Under the pieces are notes generated by a model, which worked only from the letters and a program-made list of their open reading frames with translations, made no database searches and had not been told where the DNA came from. A DNA stretch of 28,340 nt from Oscillospiraceae bacterium (GTDB taxonomy: Bacteria; Bacillota; Clostridia; Oscillospirales; UBA929), in contig JAIRML010000288.1 of assembly GCA_031258665.1 (NCBI GenBank), positions 1-28,340 on the forward strand, written 5' to 3'. Both the position numbers and the translations under genes were made by a program. Of the stretch, positions 14,774 to 22,876 are shown piece after piece. The first letter of the stretch is position 1; each line of letters begins with the position of its first letter.

Positions 14774-17700
14774 ATGACTGCCAAAAAACGGACGATGGCT
14801 GTGCTTGTCGCGCTTGTCATGGCGTTGGGGGTGTTGCCGTCGCTGCCCGTCTCCGGTTTGGAGGCGGCTGCCGGGCCTCTCACAGAAAACACCAACACAC
14901 ACTGGCTGTTGTATTCTCCGAAGGCCCAGTCGTATGTACAGCATCTCACAAACGCCGGGTACGGCGCCAATCCCGGCGGGGTCGTCGCCACGCAGGACGA
15001 CCCGTCCGACCCGGCCGCCCAATGGACGCTCACCAACTACAACTCCGGCTCGATACCGGCCGCCGCCGGCATGTTCCGTATGGTGACCGCCGAAACCGCC
15101 AACGGGCACAACGCCGGCCTGGCGTTTAAAATGTTCGACGGCGCCGTGTATGTCGAAGGCGGGACAAACGGCGACGCCGACGGATTCTATCCGACGCCCG
15201 GACCCGCGGCCGACACTGTCATCATTCGCGGCGGGGGCAACGGCGGCATCGTGTACCCGATGAACGCCAACGCGCAGGGGTTGACCGTGAACGACGCGAA
15301 CATTCTCCGCCGCTCGGCCAGCAGCCCCGACGCCTTCATCCTCATCCCGCCGCAGGGGTACGTCCCGGTTCCGCCGGTTCCGTCGTCCCTCACCACACCG
15401 GACGGCAGTTCCGTTGCGGTCCAGTGGCCGAACCCCACCACATATTCGTCTAAACTGATTCTCCAGCGGGCCACCGACGAAGCGTTTTCAGACGCGGTCG
15501 CCGTGGATCTCAGCGGCGCGGCGCAGCAAGCCGGATATGTCACGCGGCTTGTCGATGCGTCGCCCAAGACGCATGGGACCACCTATTACTACAGGTTCAT
15601 CGCCGAGGATTACTGGCACAAAGGTGAAAACGGCGTAGTCGGCGAGAGCGCGGACATCACGATGCCCTCGACATTGCCGCCGACCATACAGACGACGGCG
15701 CTGACGTTTTTCAAATACCCCGCCCCGAAAGACCAGACCATCGGCTTTGACCCTGGCTTCGGCGCGCCCGAAGGCGCGACGGGCGTCGCGTCCGTCAGTT
15801 TCGACGGCGGAGCGAGTCTCGCCGTTGGCAGCGATTACACGGTCGATTGGGCCGGCAAGACGGTCACCGTCAAAGCGGCCGCGTTGAGCCGTTTGGCGCA
15901 GGGTGAACACGCGATCGACGTCAGGTTTGACCGGGAGGCCGGCGTGGCGTCGTTTGCCGTCAGCCTCCATGTGACGGACAAGATCACACACCCGTCTCAC
16001 TGGTTGATTTTTTCGCCGGACGCGGGCGCGCTTGTCGGTGTCAGGCAGAGCAATCCCTGGCAGGCGAACCCGCAGGGCTCGCTGTCGGCGACATATCTTT
16101 CGGCCGATCATGTGAACGCGCAGTGGTCCATCGACCGCAACGTGGCGGCCGCCTATACCGGCACGTACCCGTTCCGCATCCAATCTATGCTGACCACACC
16201 CACGCCGGCGCAGAGAAATATGTCTATGTACGCCGACTCTTGGGCCGCCTGGGAACAGGCCGGAACGATCAACCAGGCCACCGCCATGGCGATTGTCCCG
16301 CAGGGCGACGGTACTGTCAAGATTCACGGCGCGTGGAATAACCCGGGTTGGGCGGCGGTAAACGCCGACGGCACAACGCGCACTTTGGCGCAGGCCGCGT
16401 CGTCGAATTTCATTGTCATTCCGCCGGACAGTTACACGCCGGGCGACGCCGTCGGCGGGGCGGTCACCAGCGAAACCGCCGCGGACGTCACGTTCACGTG
16501 GCAGGCCCCGGCAGGGCCCGCGCCGAACTATTTTGCCGGGTTCCGCGTATTCAGACAGGACGGCGCGCAGTGGATTGAACTGACGGGCGACGGCAGCCTT
16601 GTCGTCAGAGAAGGCGGCGGCGTGTACTCGTTTACCGACGACTCGCCCGTGGACAATGTCAGCGTGTATAAAGTCGTGACGGACACCGCCAACCACGATT
16701 CGGACGGGATGCTGCTCACCGCCAACATCCCCGGGGGGGAACCCCCGAGTGTGGGCGCGTCCATCGCGACGTTCAACAAAAAGATCCCGGAGAGCGTGGT
16801 CATCGGCGTCAAGCTGGGCTTCGGCTCGCTGAGGGCCTCCCAGGTCGCGTCTCTGCTTCTCGACGGCATCCCTGTCGCCTATACGCTGAGCGGCGGCAAG
16901 TCCCCCGCCGTGACCCTTGACGCCGCCGCGCTCTCCGCTTTGGCGCTGACAAACGGCGACGCGCACAGCATCGCGGTTGCGTTCAACGACGCCGCGGAAA
17001 CGGTAAAAACCGTGACGCTCAACGTCATTGACGCCGAGAGCGCCTTGCCCGCCCCCGCGAACGTCAGAGTGACCGGCGACGGCAATGGCGCGGCGATCTC
17101 ATGGGATGCCGTGCCGAACGCAACCGGCTACAAAATCTACCGCGGGCTCGGCAAGTACGCGCCCGCCACATTCACCGCGCTCGTCGACGCCACCGACGAA
17201 ACGGGGTACAATCTCGGGGCCAGCTATGTGTGGGATTGGTACAAAGTAACCGCGTACAACGGCGCCGGCGATTATATCGATAGCCCGCCGTCGGACGTGG
17301 CCTCACTCGAGATCACGATGTTCCCAAACACCGAAATCTTCACCGAGAACGACGCGCAAAATACGGTGTCGACGGTCACCAATAACCATTCGAAGGCGTT
17401 CTTCTGGGGTGGGGCCATAGGCGGGAATTCCCCGTCCGGCGCGGACGCCAACAACCAATTCACAGACGACCGCATCGCGCTCCTGTTCAGGCCCGCCAAG
17501 GGTCACACGGCGGACTTCACGTACTTGGGGCTGTACCTCAACTTTTATATGCACATTGCCGGGCTTGGCAAAGTGCCGACCGACGTGCAGACGCAATCGG
17601 TTCAGGTATATTCTTGGGAGGGCGGCAGTTACAATGGCGGCGGCAACGTCACACAAAACTTCTGGCGCACGTTTGAAAATATGGAGACCACAGCCGGAGG

Positions 17701-19594
17701 CAATGTGTTCGCCGTCTCACAGGCGTCCCCTGTCCGCCGGGTTAAGACGGGCGCGCTTACGTTCCAGCTCGGCGGTTCGGCGAGCGGCGGGTTCCTTGCC
17801 GACAGTTACACAGGCTGGCAGTCCTATCAGGGGCAGCAGCAGTTTTATACCCGCAACAACGCGATAGCGGGCACGGACGGCCTGATCTGGAACGGTGTCA
17901 TGCAGGGCAACACGACCCAGGACGGGACCCAGTGGAACCAGTCCTACTCATGGATTGTCGTCGATGTGGAGCACACGCCGCTCATAGCGGAGAAGCCCTT
18001 CCTCTACTTTGACGTGGACGCGAACGGCGGCACCGGCGACTACCGAGTATTCGTACCCGGTTACCGCAAAGACGCTGTCGGCCTTTCGTGGGGCGACGGC
18101 AAGGCAAATGGGGGCATGGGCCCCGGCGAAAGCAGGCCGCTGAGCGATTTCTTTGTGGCGGACGAGTCCATGAGCGCCGACCAAATTATCGCCGGGATGC
18201 AAACGAAGAACGGCAACATCTTCTTCACCCCAGGCGTATACAAACTTGACAAAGAGATCCGCGTCACCGAGCCAAACGCCGTGCTGCTCGGGATCGGCGA
18301 GGCCTCGCTCCGCCCGCTGAGCGGGAATGTCTGCGTAAAAGTCGCGGATGTGCCCGGTGTGCGTGTCGCCGGACTTCTGTTCGACGCCGGCCCCGCCGCC
18401 GAGAATGACTTGGCCAACGCCAGCGAGGCGCTGCTTGTGGTCGGAGAAGGCGGCTTCACCGCCACGCCGGAGATGGAAGCGAGCCCGATTGTGCTTTCCG
18501 ACGCGATCGTGCGCGTTGGCGGGCTTCCGACGAGCGTACCCTATAAAGCGAAGAACGGCATTGTCATAAACGCCGATTACACGATTCTTGATCACGCCTG
18601 GATCTGGCGCGCCGACCACGGCGACCAGGTCGGATGGACGCTCAACCAGACAGACAACGGCCTTGTCGTCAACGGCGATCATGTGATTACATACGGGTTG
18701 CACTCCGAACACTTCCAGAAATATGACGTCCTCTGGAACGGCGATGACGGGCGCTGCTTCTATCTGCAAAATGAGCGCCCGTATGACACGCCGGAAACCG
18801 ACGACGTGCCCGACGCCTGGCGCGACACGTCGCTCGCGGACGCCAAGTATGATTACATCGGCCCGCTGGCCGACAGGCAGCAAGGGTACGCCGCTTTCCG
18901 CATCGGCGACGATGTGAGAAACTTCGAGGGCTGGGGTCTTGTGTCTTATGACGTGTTCGTACAGAACATGGGCGTCCAGTTCCGCACCATTTGGACAGGC
19001 TTCATAGCGCCGGAAAAGAACGCCAACATCAAGATCCATCAAGTGGGGACACTCTCAATCTCGCAGAACAGGGGTGAGATCGCCCACATCATCAATGGCG
19101 AGGGCCCGAGCAACGTTGGCCCCGTTGGGCCGACAAAATTTCTCGCGGCAAACGAGTTCCACCCCGACAATGAATACTGGTCGAAATGGCCGCTCTCCGC
19201 CGACGCGCTTGTGATCGGAGGTGCTGATGTCTATGACGATGCCGTTGGCCTGTATGTACTGAATTTGGGTGAGACTGAGCGGACGGCGAACGCCATTCTC
19301 GGCGGATACGAAACAGGCGGGAGGCTGACCGACGCAAACGTCGACCGGATAACCGTCAAGGGCTCCATCCTTGTTGGCGGCGGCGTCGGCGGCAATTCGG
19401 AGATTGTCGGCGGAGAGGCCCGCGGTCCGCAGCCGTTTATATCTAAAGATACCACCGTGGGTTCGCGGCTGTCCGGCGGGAGGTATGCCCTGCCCCGGCC
19501 GGGCGGCGAGAGTGCCGACGTCTGCGCCGCGTATGTCTGGAGCAGTGAAACCCATACGCCGCTTGCGGAGCGCCTCATCATTCCGCTGGATTAG
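14774..19594 (+). CDS. Secreted multimodular GH55 beta-1,3-glucanase (laminarinase)
   Basis: Signal peptide MTAKKRTMAVLVALVMALGVL (an alternative TTG start is at 14768). About 17320-19180 matches recalled bacterial GH55 motifs: NVTQNFWR, AVSQAS, SGGFLADS, QQQFYTRN, EKPFLY, FTPGVY, DHAWIWRADHG, EHFQKY, QNERPYD. The N-terminal half has duplicated accessory modules. Confidence 0.85.
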   Translation: MTAKKRTMAVLVALVMALGVLPSLPVSGLEAAAGPLTENTNTHWLLYSPKAQSYVQHLTNAGYGANPGGVVATQDDPSDPAAQWTLTNYNSGSIPAAAGMFRMVTAETANGHNAGLAFKMFDGAVYVEGGTNGDADGFYPTPGPAADTVIIRGGGNGGIVYPMNANAQGLTVNDANILRRSASSPDAFILIPPQGYVPVPPVPSSLTTPDGSSVAVQWPNPTTYSSKLILQRATDEAFSDAVAVDLSGAAQQAGYVTRLVDASPKTHGTTYYYRFIAEDYWHKGENGVVGESADITMPSTLPPTIQTTALTFFKYPAPKDQTIGFDPGFGAPEGATGVASVSFDGGASLAVGSDYTVDWAGKTVTVKAAALSRLAQGEHAIDVRFDREAGVASFAVSLHVTDKITHPSHWLIFSPDAGALVGVRQSNPWQANPQGSLSATYLSADHVNAQWSIDRNVAAAYTGTYPFRIQSMLTTPTPAQRNMSMYADSWAAWEQAGTINQATAMAIVPQGDGTVKIHGAWNNPGWAAVNADGTTRTLAQAASSNFIVIPPDSYTPGDAVGGAVTSETAADVTFTWQAPAGPAPNYFAGFRVFRQDGAQWIELTGDGSLVVREGGGVYSFTDDSPVDNVSVYKVVTDTANHDSDGMLLTANIPGGEPPSVGASIATFNKKIPESVVIGVKLGFGSLRASQVASLLLDGIPVAYTLSGGKSPAVTLDAAALSALALTNGDAHSIAVAFNDAAETVKTVTLNVIDAESALPAPANVRVTGDGNGAAISWDAVPNATGYKIYRGLGKYAPATFTALVDATDETGYNLGASYVWDWYKVTAYNGAGDYIDSPPSDVASLEITMFPNTEIFTENDAQNTVSTVTNNHSKAFFWGGAIGGNSPSGADANNQFTDDRIALLFRPAKGHTADFTYLGLYLNFYMHIAGLGKVPTDVQTQSVQVYSWEGGSYNGGGNVTQNFWRTFENMETTAGGNVFAVSQASPVRRVKTGALTFQLGGSASGGFLADSYTGWQSYQGQQQFYTRNNAIAGTDGLIWNGVMQGNTTQDGTQWNQSYSWIVVDVEHTPLIAEKPFLYFDVDANGGTGDYRVFVPGYRKDAVGLSWGDGKANGGMGPGESRPLSDFFVADESMSADQIIAGMQTKNGNIFFTPGVYKLDKEIRVTEPNAVLLGIGEASLRPLSGNVCVKVADVPGVRVAGLLFDAGPAAENDLANASEALLVVGEGGFTATPEMEASPIVLSDAIVRVGGLPTSVPYKAKNGIVINADYTILDHAWIWRADHGDQVGWTLNQTDNGLVVNGDHVITYGLHSEHFQKYDVLWNGDDGRCFYLQNERPYDTPETDDVPDAWRDTSLADAKYDYIGPLADRQQGYAAFRIGDDVRNFEGWGLVSYDVFVQNMGVQFRTIWTGFIAPEKNANIKIHQVGTLSISQNRGEIAHIINGEGPSNVGPVGPTKFLAANEFHPDNEYWSKWPLSADALVIGGADVYDDAVGLYVLNLGETERTANAILGGYETGGRLTDANVDRITVKGSILVGGGVGGNSEIVGGEARGPQPFISKDTTVGSRLSGGRYALPRPGGESADVCAAYVWSSETHTPLAERLIIPLD

Positions 19595-19595
19595 C

Positions 19596-19696
19596 TTTTT
19601 GCTGCCGCGAAGCGGCGGCAAAAAAGAAGAATTTGGGTTATGGGTTGCAGGCGCAACCCGCGTTGGTACCCTGTTGCCGCGAAGCGTCAACAAGGT
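19596..19696 (+). repeat. REP-like two-hairpin element, locus F (about 1.4 tandem units)
   Basis: TTTTTGCTGCCGC-GAA-GCGGCGGCAAAAA, GAAGAATTT GGGTTAT GGGTTGC-AGGC-GCAACCC GCGTTGGTACCC, then TGTTGCCGC-GAA-GCGTCAACA. Confidence 0.88.
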
Positions 19697-19726
19697 GTTA
19701 TCGATTTGTGGAAGGGGGCCTTGTGG

Positions 19727-21007
19727 ATGAAAAAGATTCTCGTTTCATTGTTGGCGGCCGTCATGGTTTTTGGAGCGACGGCGTGTTCGCCGAGTGGTCA
19801 GCAGACGAGCGGCGGCAAGACTGTGATTAAGGTATTCAGCAATCTACCGGACAGAACAACGGGGCAGGGGCTTGTGGAACAGAAGATTTTTGACCAGTAT
19901 ATGGCCGAAAATCAGGACATCGACATCCAGGTGGAGGCGTTGGACGACGAAGCGTACAAAATCAAGATGAAGGCATATGCCTCGGGGACGAATTTGCCTG
20001 ACCTCATCAGTGTTTGGGGGCAGCCGTCTTTTTTGGACGGATATATTGACGCCGGGCTGATCGCCGAGCTCGACCCAAATGACTATGACGGATATGGCTT
20101 TGTTGAGGGCTCGCTCGCCGGATTCTCCAAAAATGGCAAGCTGTACGGGCTGCCGAGAAACACGGATATGATCGCGTTCTATTACAACCAGAAACTGTTT
20201 GGCGACAACAACTGGTCGGTCCCGGCCACGTATGATGAACTGCTCGCGCTCGCCCCGAAGATCGCGGCTGCCGGGATATCGCCTGTTGCGATGGACGGCA
20301 ATGACAAGTGGCCTATCTCTATATTTATAACGGATTTGCTCGTCAAAATCGCGGGGACATCCTATCAGGCGGAGACCCTGAAGGCCATATCCAGCGGCGA
20401 CTTTTCCCATCCGATGTACGCCGAGGCGGCGCGTCTTCTCCAGGACGCGTTCGATGCCGGTCTGTTCCAACCCGGATTCGAGCAGCAGGATTATGGCACG
20501 GCACAGAACCTCTTTATCAATGGCCAGGCCGCCATGTTTTACATGGGCAGCTGGGAGATGAGCATGGCCAACAACCAGGAAATCCAACCGGAGGTCCGTG
20601 ACAATATTCGCGCGTTCACGATGCCTGTTGTGTCCGGCGGCGCCGGGGTTGCCACAGATATCGCGGCCTGGAACGGCGGCGGTCACTCTGTGGTGGCGAA
20701 AAGTCCCGTGAAAGACAAGGCCGTTGCGCTTCTGAATTACATCTACAAGCCGGAAAATTGGACGAAAATCGCCTGGGAGAACAATGTCTGCATGTCGGCG
20801 CAAGACTTCTCTCAGTACAAAACCGGCAGCGAAACCCCTGTCCAACTGCAGTTGATTGACATCTTTTCTCAGGCCACGTCCATCAGCGGCACGACAATCA
20901 ACGATCTCGGCTCGTCCGATTTTAAGACGAAGTTTGAGGATTTATCGCAGCAAATCTCCATCAAATCTATCACCCCAGAAGACGCGATAAGCGCTTTGGC
21001 GAATTGA
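19727..21007 (+). CDS. Carbohydrate ABC transporter substrate-binding lipoprotein
   Basis: Lipoprotein signal MKKILVSLLAAVMVFGATAC, then K.YGLP, YYNQKLF and F..GQAAMFYMGSW, typical of family-1 sugar-binding proteins. Confidence 0.92.
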   Translation: MKKILVSLLAAVMVFGATACSPSGQQTSGGKTVIKVFSNLPDRTTGQGLVEQKIFDQYMAENQDIDIQVEALDDEAYKIKMKAYASGTNLPDLISVWGQPSFLDGYIDAGLIAELDPNDYDGYGFVEGSLAGFSKNGKLYGLPRNTDMIAFYYNQKLFGDNNWSVPATYDELLALAPKIAAAGISPVAMDGNDKWPISIFITDLLVKIAGTSYQAETLKAISSGDFSHPMYAEAARLLQDAFDAGLFQPGFEQQDYGTAQNLFINGQAAMFYMGSWEMSMANNQEIQPEVRDNIRAFTMPVVSGGAGVATDIAAWNGGGHSVVAKSPVKDKAVALLNYIYKPENWTKIAWENNVCMSAQDFSQYKTGSETPVQLQLIDIFSQATSISGTTINDLGSSDFKTKFEDLSQQISIKSITPEDAISALAN

Positions 21008-21023
21008 TCACAACGAAGGGGGC

Positions 21024-21051
21024 GCGGGCGCCGGGGTTTCTCGGCGCCCGC
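21024..21051 (+). other. Intercistronic stem-loop between the binding-protein and permease genes
   Basis: GCGGGCGCCGG-GGTTTC-TCGGCGCCCGC. Such hairpins commonly stabilise binding-protein mRNA in sugar ABC operons (inference). Confidence 0.45.
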
Positions 21052-21089
21052 CGGTCCTCCGCAATGCGGCTGGCGGCCTGCCGATAGGG

Positions 21090-21968
21090 GTGAGTGATGT
21101 GGAAAAGATGCTCAAAGATAAACGCGTCATAGCCATCCTGATCGCGCCGAGTTTGGCCGCTTTTATTTTTGCCGTACTCGCGCCGATTGTCCTCAGTTTT
21201 GTCTACAGTTTTACCAACAGCTCCGGCATCGGCCGGTTCACATTTGTGGGGTTTGAAAACTATTCCGCCCTCGCAAAGGACCGGGCCTTTTGGAACGCGT
21301 TGCTCAATTCGGCGCTGCTCGCGGCGGGCTTTGTTCTCATTCAGCACCCGATAGCGATTTTGACGGCGTGGCTGCTGGATCGGGTTGGCGGCCGCCTGGA
21401 AACGTTTTTCAAAACCGCCTACTTTATCCCAAACATCATCTCGTCAGCCGTCATTGCCATTTTGTGGAAATATATCTACAATACGAATTTCGGGCTTTTT
21501 AACGTGATCGCGCGATTTTTCGGCGGGGAGGGCGTCAATTGGCTTGGCACAGGGGTGGCCATCTGGTCGGTGCTTGTCGTACTCGTATGGCACGGATTTG
21601 GCTGGGGTATGCTGATCTATTACACGGGTATAAAGAACATCGACCCTGTTTTGTATGAGGCCGCCGCCATCGACGGGTGCGACGACAAAAAGATGTTCTT
21701 CGCGATCACCCTGCCGCTCATGCGCCCTGTGATCCAGGTGAACGTGACGCTCGCCCTCATTTCGGCTCTGAAACAGATGGAAACAGTGTATCTTTTGACA
21801 AAAGGCGGCCCCGGAAATGAGACACAGTTCGTGGCCACATATCTATATAAACAGGCCTTCCAGTCGGGCAATTACGGTTATGGCAATACGATCAGCGTCG
21901 TCTTTGTCGTGATCTGTCTGCTCACCACAGCCTTCCTCAACCGACTGTTTCGCGAAAGGGGGATTTGA
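21090..21968 (+). CDS. Carbohydrate ABC transporter permease (MalF-like)
   Basis: FVGFENY, multiple hydrophobic helices, EAA loop LYEAAAIDG and ITLPLM.P. The start could instead be 21099 or 21108. Confidence 0.93.
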   Translation: MSDVEKMLKDKRVIAILIAPSLAAFIFAVLAPIVLSFVYSFTNSSGIGRFTFVGFENYSALAKDRAFWNALLNSALLAAGFVLIQHPIAILTAWLLDRVGGRLETFFKTAYFIPNIISSAVIAILWKYIYNTNFGLFNVIARFFGGEGVNWLGTGVAIWSVLVVLVWHGFGWGMLIYYTGIKNIDPVLYEAAAIDGCDDKKMFFAITLPLMRPVIQVNVTLALISALKQMETVYLLTKGGPGNETQFVATYLYKQAFQSGNYGYGNTISVVFVVICLLTTAFLNRLFRERGI

Positions 21969-21971
21969 GGC

Positions 21972-22817
21972 GTGACAGACAAGATGAAAACGAGATTTCC
22001 CCTGGGCAGAGGCATCATTTTGGCCGTGCTCTTATTGTTCTCGGTGATCCAGCTTTTCCCGCTGGTATGGCTTATCGATTTCTCCCTCGCCAGCAATACA
22101 GAGTTCTTCACGTCGAAGCTGCTTATCATGCCCAAAGAAATCCAATGGGGGAATTATCCAAGGGCATTTATTGATGGGCATTTTTTGCTGTATTTAAAAA
22201 ACAGCCTGCTTGTCAATACGCTCGCGGTTGTCGTCGTGCTGGTCCTCTCAATCTGTTCGGCATACGCCGTCACAAGAATGCGCTGGAAGTTTTCACAAGC
22301 CGCCAAAAGCGTCATACTGTTGGGCATGATGATCCCGATTCACGCGACGCTTATCCCCAATTACATGATATACGACTTCCTCGGAGTCCGTGACACGCTG
22401 TGGTCGCTTCTTCTGCCTTACGTGGCCTTTTCGCTGCCGCAGGGGCTTTTTCTTGCGGCAAGTTATATGGAGTCCGTTTCGAAAGAAATAGAGGAAGCCG
22501 CCATCATCGACGGCTGCGGGACCTTTCGCCTTCTGGGCAGCATTATCACGCCGATGATGAAATCGTCGCTTATAACCGTCATGATCATGACTTACTTGAA
22601 CAACTGGAATGAGTTTATGATGGCCAGCACATACCTGAGCACATCAAAATGGAAGACACTCCCATTTTCCATCTTGGAATTCACGGGGCAGTACCGCGCG
22701 AATGTGGCGGTGCAATTTGCCGTTATGACGCTCACCGCAGCGCCGGCTATCATCATATATATTATATTGAGCAAACATATAACAAAGGGTGTGGCCATGG
22801 GTGCTGTAAAGGGATAA
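21972..22817 (+). CDS. Carbohydrate ABC transporter permease (MalG-like)
   Basis: LKNSL, AYAVTR, IPIHATLIP, EAA loop IEEAAIIDG, NNWNEF and terminal KG...GAVKG. Confidence 0.93.
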   Translation: MTDKMKTRFPLGRGIILAVLLLFSVIQLFPLVWLIDFSLASNTEFFTSKLLIMPKEIQWGNYPRAFIDGHFLLYLKNSLLVNTLAVVVVLVLSICSAYAVTRMRWKFSQAAKSVILLGMMIPIHATLIPNYMIYDFLGVRDTLWSLLLPYVAFSLPQGLFLAASYMESVSKEIEEAAIIDGCGTFRLLGSIITPMMKSSLITVMIMTYLNNWNEFMMASTYLSTSKWKTLPFSILEFTGQYRANVAVQFAVMTLTAAPAIIIYIILSKHITKGVAMGAVKG

Positions 22818-22853
22818 AAGTCCTCGTTCATTATATTTTTACAGTAAAATCAT
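22814..22853 (+). promoter_or_regulatory. 40-bp conserved box, copy 1 (upstream of the kinase-regulator-GH30 unit)
   Basis: ATAAAAGTCCTCGTTCATTATATTTTTACAGTAAAATCAT. 37/40 identical to 26901-26940 and contains a TAAAAT -10-like hexamer. Confidence 0.7.
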
Positions 22854-22876
22854 GATAGCGGTCGGGGCGGTTTTCT

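Noticed and set aside
15488-19042. Minus-strand ORFs 15488-16966, 17948-19042 and others within the GH55 gene
   Set aside because: Antisense shadows typical of a long gene with biased codon usage.
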